A stretch of DNA of 63,999 bases, filler included, from Jimgerdemannia flammicorona (lineage: Eukaryota), in assembly GCA_003990765.1 (NCBI GenBank). It is 3 parts of 3 records of this genome, joined end to end, with 100 filler letters (N's around TTAATTAATTAA, not from the genome) between each part and the next. Parts side by side here need not be neighbours in the genome. Positions count along the whole stretch, not along the records: positions 43,306 to 63,999 come from RBNJ01001607.1; 2 more parts are not named here. One strand, 5' to 3'. The notes under the pieces are model-generated. The model worked only from the letters and a program-made list of their open reading frames with translations, was not told where the DNA came from and made no database searches. A program made the position numbers and the translations under genes. Numbering within the stretch: the first letter of the stretch is position 1; each line of letters opens with the position of its first letter. Below are positions 48,491 through 60,062 of the stretch, piece after piece.

Positions 48491-50054
48491 AGTTGGTCAT
48501 TATTGCTCATCTCATATGCCATATGATCTTCTTGTACTCTGATCTGGTGGCTTGTAAAGAAAGGCTGTCTTCTGTGCTGATGTCATCATTCTGGGGTCAC
48601 TGTTACAGTATTCATTAAAATGCTAAAGTAAAATAAATAGTAAAAGTATAAAAGAGATAAGCAAAGTGATACAAAATCTGAAAAAATACTGATAAATACT
48701 TCTCTACTCACTTGTAAAACTTTAATAACTTCTCTTAATTTCTCCCACTTACTCTCTTTAATTACCATATCTCACATTTCTTTATCTGCAGCAGTTGTAA
48801 AATCCAGTATCAGAATTATATTTGAATAAATTAATATTAGTCAATAAAGTCTAAAACTATTCTGTAATACTATTATTAGTAATCTACCATAGCAAGCTTT
48901 AGTGTATGTTCAATTATTGCAAATGTTGAGTTCCAACATATACTGATATTCAAAATAAGTTTTTTTCAAGAAAGATTAATTGTCTTATATTATTCAGTAA
49001 GTTTTTTTTTGCTACTATAGTATTGATCAAATTGCAACAATTAATTTACACAACTTTGAAACACTATTAGAGCTCTTCTTGGTAATTTTACTCTAATCAC
49101 CAAATAGTTACATGAGATAATCTCAAGCAGTAAGATTCAGAACATGAGTCTGACACTATACATAGTTATTGTTAGCACTAAAGATTATATTTTCTTATTA
49201 AAGTTTGATTGCCAAAATGCAGAGAAATGTGAGATTATTGAAGGCATTATCTGTTGTAATAGCTAATATCTATATTTCAAAGTTTTGATATATAAAATTA
49301 GATAGAAAGCAGTTAATAATTAAAAGTAAAAAGTATATTTTTTCTTTTTATTCTCTTTTAAAATAAAAAACTCTCACACTTTAGTTATAATACTAAGATT
49401 CTGAATATAGTTTAAGAATACTTCTACAAATTTTGTTCAGAATGAGAACCCTCAAGTTTACAAAGTCAAGAGTGAGGGTTTGAAGCTACTAGTTAATATC
49501 AATCTAATGTCCAGTAATATCAAGAAATGAAATAACATTAAGTGATATCTACAGTTCAATTATTAATGAAATTTTATCTATCATACTCTATAGTAAAATT
49601 TGAAATATAGTTAGCAATCATACTTGATTCACCAATATCTCTAATATTACTAATAATATCTGAATACTTTTATCTAAAGTTTTTGATAGAGATTATTATG
49701 CTCTTTTTTATAGATCTCTGTAATATCATTATTAATAGTATCAGCACTGAAGTATATATATAAATCAGGCTTGATAAGACCAAAGAGACTTCATTTTTTT
49801 TTTTTTTTTTTTTTTAATAGACTCATAGTCCCACAGATTTTTATTGGAAGGGAACCTAGACTATATAGGCCAAAACCCTCTCCTACCACCCACCGAATAA
49901 TATCCCCCCATTAACCTAGACTACTAAAATATCCAGCAGTCCCACTGCTCTAGCTACACCTGTCAAACATCAGCTATGTTGACCCCCATGACATAGACCA
50001 GACTTGTCTGCTCACCAGGACTGGATTATTATTTACACACAAGAGCACACCTAT

Positions 50055-51226
50055 TTTTTTGTTTTAATGGACTCATGTCCTGCAGAATTTTATTAGAAGG
50101 GAACTTAGACTATATAGGCCAAAACCCTCCCCCACTACCCACCAAGCACTGTCCCCCCATTAACCTAGGCTAGCTATTGTCCAGCAGCTTGACCATGCCA
50201 GGTGCAGCAGTGCCTATGTTGGTGTGCACCTCATTCTGCACACCATGCTCTCCCTACTACCAGGAGAAACCCAACCATATGCCAACGACCAAAAGTGCAT
50301 GCCTGAGAACCTAACATATATACAAGGCTACACCCAAGCTGAATAGAATAACCCCTGCTACTCCAAAGAGAATGACAGACAAAGAAAAACCCTCATCAAA
50401 GCACAACATAGTGGGTAGGGCCTGGTTCTCCCAGTCAAGGTGAGTAAAGGACTTACACATGAGGCAGGAGGAAGTCCCCAATACTCCACTACTCAAGCCT
50501 GTGGGCCTCGATTACATTGCTGTGTCAGTTCCCCGTTCCAGTTGAGTGCAGCCAAGATGCCTGAAATGGGTAGCCTTGGGCCCCCTGACTCCCCCTAACG
50601 ACTGGGGCCCAACCCCACTGACTACCAAAAGAAGCCAAGAGTGACACCTACTACCTAACCACACCACACCAATCCAAAGGCCCCACCGAAGCAGCACCTG
50701 CCCCAGCCCCAATGACCACCCCCAGCCTGGCACCCTACTGTTCACTGTTATTGCCCTTCCTCTATCTGTGATGGCCATCTCCTCTCCCATCCCAATAACA
50801 CCTGAAAAGCAGTCAACTACGACAGAACCACACTCACTGGGAAGCTTGTCAAAGCCAGAGGGCCCCACCACAGGCACTGAAGACCTGCAGGTAACCTATA
50901 CTGAGCACTTGATGCCCAAGGTCAGCCGACTTCCTACACACCAAGACAACACCTTGTTGGTGATGGCAAAAGGAAGAAGGCACTGTACCAAAACAGGTAC
51001 ACTCTGGATACAGCTGAAGGCACCAGAATCTGCAAAAAAGTGGAGGAAGTACTGATCTGACACCAATAAAGAGGCAACTCATCACCATTGTCCTCCTACC
51101 ACTATGCCCCTGCAGGCACAGCAAACCAACCTGAGGTAGAGGGGGTAATATTAGGGGAAAGGGGACTCAGAAGGTCACCTACCAAACCTTGTGACTGGTA
51201 AGATAGCAGAGAAAGGAGCTCACGTG
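50055..51226 (-). mobile_element. Inner copy of the same 1.2 kb retroposon family
   Basis: T-tract at 50055; TSD AGAGCACACCTAT at 50042-50054 and 51227-51239; colinear with the outer copy. Confidence 0.85.
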
Positions 51227-52121
51227 AGAGCACACCTATGCATCAGATCCAGTAGCACCAGGACTGAATAAATAATAGCCCCACAAACCCCAAAAGAAAG
51301 CCCAAGACAAAGAAAAAAACCCCCCAACTAACCAATAGAGAGCAAATTGGATTCAAAGTAGATGAGTAAAGGACTTATATGCAGAACCTTTCACAAAGAA
51401 CTTACACATAGGCTAGGGCCAGAAAAGACCTCACTCCCACTCCCCAAGTCTGTGGGCCTTGATCACATTGCCATATCAGCTCCCAGTTCCAGTCAGGTAC
51501 TGCCAAATTGGGAAGGCCCCACTCCCTAAGCCTGCATGCCTCAATCGCATTATCTCATCAGCTCCTGGTTCCAGTTGGGTACAGCCAGGATGTCAGCCCT
51601 TACACTATCCCACCCCCTACCAGCGAATCGAAAGGCCTTGCCAAAATATTATCCACCCTAGCCCCAATGACTGCCCCCAGCCTGGCACCCCACTGATTTA
51701 CCATTATCACTCTTCCTCCTATCTGTGATGGCCATCTCCCCTCCCATCCCAATAACACCTGAAAAGCAGTCACCTATACCAGAACTGCGCTCACTGGGAA
51801 GCTCACCAAAGCTGGAGGGCCCCACCACAGGCACTGAGGACCTGCAGGTAACCTATACTGAGCACTTGATGCCCAAGGTCAGCTGACTCCCTATATAGCC
51901 TGAGATATACTGAAACAGTACCTCATTGGTGATAGCAAAAGGAAGAATGTGCTGTACCAAAATAGATGCACTCTAGATATAGCTGAAGGTACCAGAAACT
52001 ATGAAAAAGTAGAGAAGACACTGATCTGATACTGATAAAGGGGCAACTCATCACCATTGCCTCCCTCCCACTGCCCTGCAATAGGTACAGCAAACCAACC
52101 TGAGGTAGAGGGGGTAATAAT

Positions 52122-55100
52122 CATCTTTCTCTGGTAACATTCAGGTTACACAATCTTTTGGTGACACTTTCGACACAGTTTCTGGAGAAAAGCTACTAGT
52201 ATCATGGTGACCAATGAGTATCCTGAGGTGTGTACTGGGCAGGGTGGCCCTGGAGCATTCGAATGGCAGCAAGTGGGGAGAGACCCTGGCTTGGGGGGTA
52301 GTATGAGGGGCCTGCTGGTGGGAGGCCATGGTGGAGGAGGGGGCAGAGCTGGAGGTCAAGGGTCTGGCAGGGTGAGCTTTGTGGAATAGGTGAAGGGGGG
52401 TCGGCAGGGAGCTGGATTGGAGAGCTGGCTGAGAGGGGGGAAGGTATCAGTGAAGGATACCAGACAGCAACCGCTTGGGGGTACCTCTCTGGAGGGCCAT
52501 AGGGGTGGAGCTGGAGGGTAGCAGCTAGGGCAGGGACTGCTGATGGGGGTGTAATGGGCGATCTGAAAAAAAATCTAGATGGGACTGCTGATGGTGAGCT
52601 GAGCAGTGGGAAGAGCATGAGGCCTGGGGACCTGGCAGATAGTGTAATGGGACTGGCGGTGGCTCCATTACTCAAGAAGTCGATCTCGGTGTTCATGGTC
52701 ACATTGTACTTCCAGGGTTTAGCAGTGACGGCAAAAATGGTGTTGGGGCTTATTGCTAAGCAGGTGGCAGGAGCAGCCTCAGTGAAGTTTCTGAAGGGAC
52801 TGGAGGGGGTGGAGGTGGCATTTGAGGAGATTGAACTGCTGGAGGAGGCACTAAAGATGGGGTTAGTGGTTGGGGAGATGTGTGTTCCGATGGCGAGGTG
52901 TTTGAAATGGGATCCGAGGGTGGTCCAACTGTTGGTGAAAGGAGTACCCACAGTGACAGTGATAGAGATGAGGAAGAGAGTGGAGGATGTCATGGCGGAG
53001 TATGGAGAGGTGGTGGATATCGGATTCAGGGTCTGGGAAGGGACCATGCTCAGGACCGGGGATGTGGATGTGAGGATTCAGCTGGCTGGGAAAGAGACTA
53101 CTGGGAAGGTGAGGGACTGGCCTTCGGTGATGGTTTGGGGAGTATTTCTATGCAAGGTGATGTGGGTGAACGAAAGTGAAGAAGAGGAGGAAGATTTGTT
53201 GGAAGTGCTGGAAAAACTGTATGGGGCTGTGGAGCAGCAAGCTAAGGCCTGGAAGACTTTCGAGGAGTTGACGCACCTGGAGGTGGTGGATGAAAAGAGG
53301 ATTCGAGTGAACAAGGTGCAGTGGGAAAGGGCTCAGGGGTGGAAGAGGCAGCAGGATCTGCTGGCTAAACTGGGGGGTGGACCACAGAAGGATGAGAGCA
53401 TGAAGACGGGTGCAGAAGGGGCCAGAGCAAGTGTCTGGGCTAGTGAGAGAAGTGGGAATGATGGGGCAAAGACAGGGAAGACAAAGGAGGTGAAGACTAG
53501 CGACCCATATACTGATGGTACCTTGGAGGTTTGGGATGAAGTTTGGGAGAACTCCCCCACCCCTTCCCCTCTTATCAGGCATGGCCTGGCTTCCAGGAAC
53601 AAGTCTGGGGAGGACATGATGATGCTGGGGACCCAGCAGGTGAAATTCAGCATTCCGGAGATAATGAAGGGGGACCAAGTAGTGGCAGCCGGGGAGGAGG
53701 AACTAGTGGATGTCCCAGAGGTGTAGGATGAGGATGTGAGTGCCAGAGCTGACACCACGATGCTGGATGGAGGGAGGCCGGTGACCCCTGGTGGGAAGGA
53801 GGTGGGGAACCTACTTTGGATGTGCTGGATGATGAATAACCTGGCGGCAGAAGAGCTGGGGGAGGTGGACTTGCATGGGATGGGTGATGAGCACTGGATA
53901 AGGATTTTGCAGGGGGAAGGAGTGGTGATGGTGCTGAAGGCGGAAATTCTTGCAGTGTATCTGGAGGAGGAGGGGTATGAGGTGGACAAGGAGAGGGAGG
54001 CAGAGTTGGTGGTTGTCACTGGGGAGAAGGCTGAGTACTGTTGGAACAGGCATCATGAGTTGCAGCTTTGGCAGGAGGCTTGCATTGAGTACTGAGAGGA
54101 GTTTGAGGAGAAGGCTGATGAGGAGATGAATGAGCTGTTGGCTGGATTGGAGGCTCAGAGGGCTGAAGAGGAGGAGGTGATGGCTGAATGAAATCTGGAC
54201 ATGACACAGGAGGAGATGGGTATGGAGCAGTAGGGATTGATTGGGAACAAACCACATTTCTTTATGAACAGTACAACTAACATTTTTTCTTTGAACGTAA
54301 ATGGGCTAAGGGGCACAGTTAGACGCAGGAACATTTTTATTCAGTTGAAGGGATTGGAGGCCGATCTCTTCCTCTTGCAGGATGTTAGGTGCAAGGATGA
54401 TTCTGATAGGATAGAATGGACTAAGGAATGGGGTGGCATGGCGATTTGGAACCGCAAGGTCAGGATTCTGGTTCAGAAAGGCAGAGGGGAGATACAGGAT
54501 GTGAGGAGCTGGGGGGAGAGATTGGTCTGGGGGGAGTGGATTTGTGCAGGTTGGGAGCCAGTCACAGTTGGCTCCTGTTACTGCCCTGCTGTGTGGGGGG
54601 AGTATGTGGATTGGGTGAAAGGACTCCTGGAGAGTGGGATCCTTGCTGAAGCTGGGTTGGATATGCTTGGAGGAGATTTCAATATGGTTCGGGATATACA
54701 GCTGGATAGAACTGATGGCAGATAGAGTGCTGAGAGCAGGAGTGGGGGGCTGACAATGTGGGAGAAGGTTGAAAGGCTAGGAGCACTGGTGGATGCTGGT
54801 AGGGGGTACTGGGGTGACAAGAGGGTATATATGCATTGGGCTGGAGGTCTGGGGCTGGATTCTGACAGCCAACTGTTGGGGCCACAATGTTTGGAAGGTG
54901 CTAGAGGTAGAATGGTGTCTGTGGTCAGATCACTGGGGCCTTTTGGGACAGGGGTGTTTTGGGGGAAGTGGTGATGGGCCTGGACATTGGAGCCTAAATT
55001 CCTCCTTATTGGATGATGAGTCCTGGTGGGAGGAGTGGGCAAAAGACATTCAGCTGAAGGTAGAGATTTGGCAGCAGGAAGGGGCTGCAATTGGGGTTCA

Positions 55101-57966
55101 GTGGGTGAGGATGAAAGAGATGGCCAGGATGTACTAGAGCGAGGCTGACAGAGTGGTGGGGAAGCAGTGAAGGCGGAGAGTGCATTGGGCTTCTACTAGA
55201 TTGGCTAGGCTCCTGGAGGAGTGGGCGAGACTGGCAGGAGTGGAGAGAGAAGAGGATTGGAGAATAATAAGGGTGAAGATAGAGGTTGGGGAACTACAAC
55301 AGGTGCTGCAGGAAGAGGAAGAGTCTAGGATATATGGCCTAGTGGCATGGCTTCGTTAGCAGGGGCTGGAGGAAGGGGAGAGGCCTTCCAAGTTTCTTAT
55401 GAGGACACTTCGAGCAAGAAGGGTACAGCAGCAGTAGAAAGGGGTACTTGACTTGGGTGGTATACTAGTGCATGGTGTACAGGATATCCTTGGAATGCTG
55501 AAGGCATGATGGAGTGGATTGTGGAGTGAGGAGGAGGGTGGGGCAGATGCTACAGCCATTGACCAAACATTAGAAGATTGGTACTCACCACAAGCTGAGG
55601 GATTAGATGACCTGGTGATGCCTGTAAAGGAGGACGAGATCTGCCAGATTCTTGCTGCGACAGCCTTGGGTATGGTGCCTGGAGAGGATGACCTCCCCTG
55701 GGACTTCTGGAAGTGAATGGTTGAAGTCCTGGGCATGTTGGGGGAGTTGACAGCATTGTGTGACTTATATTGCAGTCAGGAAGATGGGTGGGAGAGCAGG
55801 ACCTTGGGCTGGTGACATTGCTTTATAAGAACAAAGGAAGGTGAGAGGATTGGAAGAACTGGCAGCCGATAATGTTGCTAGATATGGACAGAAAGTTGGT
55901 GACTAAGGTGGTGGTCGCAAGGCTACAGAAGATAGCCCAGCAAATTGTAGGTGTTGAGCAGAGGGGCTCCATAGGGGGTCAGCTTATTAGAGATGGCACA
56001 GCCTGGGTACATGGCATTATTGAAGGTGCTCATGCCTGTGGACTGGATGGGTGTCTTGTCTTCTTGGACCAGGAGAAGGCCTATGACCAGGTGCAGCGAG
56101 TCTGGCTGGTGAAAATATTAGATAGATTGGGGTTCTGGTCCCATTCCAATCCGCGATGGTCAGCCTACTGGAAAGGAGTAGGGCTGCACTTGTGTATAAT
56201 GGGCATAGAGGGGTAGCATTCCCTCTGGGAAGGGGAGTGCCCCAGGGGGACCCACTGTCCCCCATTTTGTATGCTCTTTCTTTGGAACCTCTAATGGACA
56301 GGATTTGGCGGAGGATGGTGGGGCTCTCTATCTATGGAGTAGGCTGGAAAGTTGGAGCCTTTGCAGATGACATGGTGGTTGGTTTGGGAGTGATGGCTGA
56401 TGTCGAGGAGCTCAAAAAGACAGTGGAGTGGTATGAGGAGAACTCTGGGGCGAAGCTGAATTGGCACAAGTGTGAAACAATGGTACTGGGCAATGGCCTG
56501 GTGTGTGGAGAGGTTATTGGAACAATTGTCCCCACTAGAGAGGCAGTGCAGTAATTGGGCATCTATTTGTTGGTCTATGGGTCTGTTCTGCCCAGGCTGT
56601 GGTGGGAGCAGAGGATTGGAATTTGGGAGGAGGACCTGCGGGGTTGGGGGGGAAGGCACTTCTCTCTGGCAGGAAAGATCTCGATTTTGAATGTCTACTG
56701 GCTGCCGAAGCTGTGGTATTTGGCTTATAATCTGGACTTCCCAGCTTGGGTAGTGAAGAGATTGGTGAAGGTGGCCAAGGGATGGATTTGGGCTGGCAGA
56801 CAAAGTCAGATTAGTTGGGAGACTTTGTCCCTACTGGTGGCTAGAGGTGGTCTGGGGCTGGTGGACTTCCCCAAATGACTACACTGCTTAAGGACATGGT
56901 GGCTTAAGAGGGCAGTGGAGTTGCTGGAGGGGGCTGGGTTCCCCTGTTGCAGAAGGTCTGGGAGAGGTGGTCATCACCAAGAGGCTCAACTGGTGATCTT
57001 CTTTCATTAGTTGGGCTTTGGAACACTGCACAACTGCGATATAAAGGCTTCTGGTGGGGGACAGCCAAGGGGGCACACTGCATTGGTATTCGCTGGCAAG
57101 GGGATGAGGGGGAGAGGGCTTGGGGCCTGGCGATGTGGAGATGGTAGGGCATTCTTCTGGGAGATGTACATTTACTTGAGTTCAATGTTAGTGATGGAAT
57201 TGAATGCCAAAGGGGACCAGGCCAGGATCTGTGGCCTAGTGGTTGGCAGGGAGTTGGAATTGGTGAGGAGTGGGACTGGCATAGGGTTTGGACCTGGAGT
57301 GCCACAGTGAAAAATTGGTTGCCGCCGAAGTACTGGGTGGTCTGGTGGTGCATGCTGAGGAGAAATGTGATGCTTAACTTCTGCTCCGGACACCTTGTAG
57401 TAGGTGGCTGCTTTCACTGCGAGGAGTGCCATAATGTAGGGCAGGAAGGGGGATTTGTACAGATGCCAGAACATTGGCTAGGGGAGTGTGAGGTATTGGG
57501 AGACTTTTGGCAGGCAATTAGGGACCAATTGGGGGTAAGGTGTAGGGGTGATGATGTATGGGAGAGGTGGGAGGACCTGAGGGATTGATTGGTAGGAGGG
57601 GTAGGGGAGGAGTGGATTACTTTAGGCTGGGCATTGGCTATTTGGGTTGGGCTGGCCAGTCACTGGCTATTTGTATTTGAGGAGGGGAGGTGACAGAGCT
57701 TAGGGAGCCAGTTATCATGGTGGCAGTGCCTTATGGAGGATACCTTAACAGGCTGGTGGCTTGGCTGGGGGTTGCAGGGGGGTCAGAGGCACTGCTTGGT
57801 GGTGAAAATCTGTGGTCAGAGTGGTGGAAGAGTTGGAGTTGTTGGTGAGAGTGTGGTCTTTATATGTGAAGAGGTGGGGAGGGGCCCCCTGATGGGGATC
57901 GGATAATGGGTGGTGATATTGTATATTTATTCATAGACTGGTAATAAAGACAAGAGTCCAAGGAAC

Positions 57967-58016
<50 letters not shown>
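52122..58016 (+). mobile_element. Full-length L1/Tx1-type LINE (ORF1 52204-54233; ORF2 54264-57906) with long poly(A) and TSD
   Basis: TSD AGAGGGGGTAATAAT at 52107-52121 and 58016-58030; APE and RT motifs (GGDFN, SDH, AFADDMVV); poly(A) 57970-58016. Confidence 0.96.
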
Positions 58017-58020
<4 letters not shown>

Positions 58021-58794
58021 GGGTAATAATTGTGGAAAGTGGACTCAGAAGGTTGCCTATCAAACTATTGTGACTAGTAAGGTAGTGGAGAAAGGGATGC
58101 CAAAGAGACTTCATAATGAAGGGCTCTCAATAGCTGTAAATGGTTAATCTTCACATATAATCTAGCAAATAAGTCAATTTCAAAACTCCAGTATAGTATA
58201 TAACTGAATTGTTTTTTAGAAAAAAAGAAAAAATTTCAGATATGTGAAAGATATATTTTCAAATTTATACTAAAATAAGAGAGAGAACATCTACTTACTA
58301 TAGTTAGAATATCAATTTTACCATGATATTATACTCAATTTCATTTTATCTAAATATTGAGCTTTTATATACTTTATCATATTTATAGTAGAGCTACTAT
58401 ATATACAGTACTTTTGTCTATATTTTAAAATTTTTATACATATATCAAGTAAACTATAAATATATCAAAAGGATAATAAGTTTTATATTTTTTTTTTAAA
58501 TAAAAATAAATTATCTGTAATCCTTATATGAGACTTTATTTTTACCAGTATCAGTATAATGTGGTCAAACTTCCGAATGAGGAGCATAGTGTAGAATGCT
58601 ATTTAAAGAAGTCTGAACATTGTTTAAAGAAGTCTGACTTGAAGTATCATAGTACTGCAAAATATTGGTGACTGGTCTGTTGATATTTATATAGTGTATG
58701 TATATACTTATATATAAATGTTGTCTAAATATGTTCTTCTGTTTAAATATGATTGTAAATCATATGATATAGTGGAGCATAGGCAATTTGGTTT

Positions 58795-59070
58795 CTGTGA
58801 TTTGAATCAGATGTTTAAATCATATATTTGAATCAGGTGTTTGAATCCAGTGTTTGAATCTAGTGATTCAAATCTGGAGATTCAAATTTAGAGGTTCAAA
58901 TCTAGTGATTTGAATCTAAAGATTTGAATTTGAAGATTTGAATTAGAGCAGTCATGATTTAAATTGATTTGAATTGATTATTTGATAAATTTGAATTGAT
59001 TCAAATTGATCATATAATAAATTTGAATTGTTCAAATCCAGGAACCATCACAATTCAAATCAATTCAAAC
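58795..59070. repeat. Subterminal array of TTTGAAT/ATTCAAA motifs in both orientations
   Basis: Many copies at ~13-bp spacing next to the putative hAT terminus. Confidence 0.75.
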
Positions 59071-59163
59071 TGACTCATTTAGAGCACTATCACAGATGTT
59101 CCCTACTTTGTGAATGATCTTACCATTAACTAGAGACCTTAAGAGCAAAATTATCTTATACTC

Positions 59164-60062
59164 TATGATAATATCACCCCATTAGGTAACTTGGAGAATA
59201 ATGGTATCCAACTTATTTTATTAGAAGATGATGTCAACAACTTTCTTTCCTCACTCCCAGACCCCCCCCCCCCCCCCACTGACTTCAGCATAACTGTAAA
59301 GGATGCAGAAAATGATTTTGCTAGACTCCTTGAAGAAAATGAAAGGAGGATAAAGATGATATAATCCTGGTCACATTGAATTTTAAGATACATGAGGATG
59401 GCTTTATTAACCAAATTGAGTAAGTTAGTTAGTTGTATAAATAATGACTACATATTAACTAGTCAAATTCATCATAAATATAAAATTAATCTTATTTAGT
59501 TAGTTAGTTATCTGAATTCCAAAAGCATGATAAATAGTATCTTCTAGTAATTGTGAGTTATAACCAATTACCAGCTTTATTTTTAGTCTGAAAGTTGTAT
59601 AAATACCCCTTGATCTGTAATAAATAAATCTCAGTTAGTTAAAGTTTAAAGTTAAAAAGATTTCTGAGAAACCCACTGCCTCCAAGAGAATGAACAATTC
59701 TAGAGATCAAAATATCTACCTGGAGCATGAAGCTCAGAGATTGGGAAGATAAATCACTCTTGCTACTACTGCCAGTTAATGCTGCTCAAAAAATCATCAT
59801 AAAACTCAAGATACAAGTCAGTTAAGACTGCCTTGGAAATCAGAAATTAAGACCTACTGGGAATCTAAGAGCAATGTACAAACAAGTCAATTGAAATTGA
59901 ATATTAAGAACAACTATCTCAGAAAATTGTCATGGAATTCAAGATATAAGTCAGTCAGTTAAGATTACTATGAGAGTAGTGGACTTCTTTTATTCAAACC
60001 ACTCAGAGAAAACTAAGCCACACAGGTATCCTTTCATGAAAAGCAATATATTTTCAAGTTTT
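59164..60062 (+). mobile_element. LTR related to family B, boundaries uncertain
   Basis: TATA 59598, AATAAA, TCAGT 59631; 59660-59765 resembles 5383-5487; TATGATAATATC start resembles TGTGATG. Confidence 0.65.

Larger units (their letters stand above)
46209..48607 (-). mobile_element. Family A Gypsy, 5' part: 5' LTR (48607-47078), PBS, gag; inserted into a hAT element
   Basis: LTR TGTAAC...GTGACA, then ACT-TGGTGCCTATTGGC, then gag ATG at 47021; outer flank GTAT. Confidence 0.92.
49795..58099 (-). mobile_element. ~1.2 kb (net) non-autonomous poly(A) retroposon, outer copy
   Basis: Poly(T) to 49815; TSD CCAAAGAGACTTCAT at 49780-49794 and 58100-58114. Confidence 0.88.
48608..59089 (-). mobile_element. 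Decayed hAT DNA transposon (BED finger + transposase), interrupted by nested retroposons 49795-58099
   Basis: Minus strand: SSTxNM.K.I (BED, ~58380), *IICED*PFTAIESP (~58140), FLDITGH*ID (~49510), AITTDNA (~49250), CQTHVLNL (~49140), CWNSTF (~48925); TAGTGCTC terminus at 59089. Confidence 0.82.

Noticed and set aside
50340..52121. Simple ~960-bp tandem duplication
   Set aside because: The AGAGCACACCTAT TSD and second T-tract show a nested insertion of a same-family copy.
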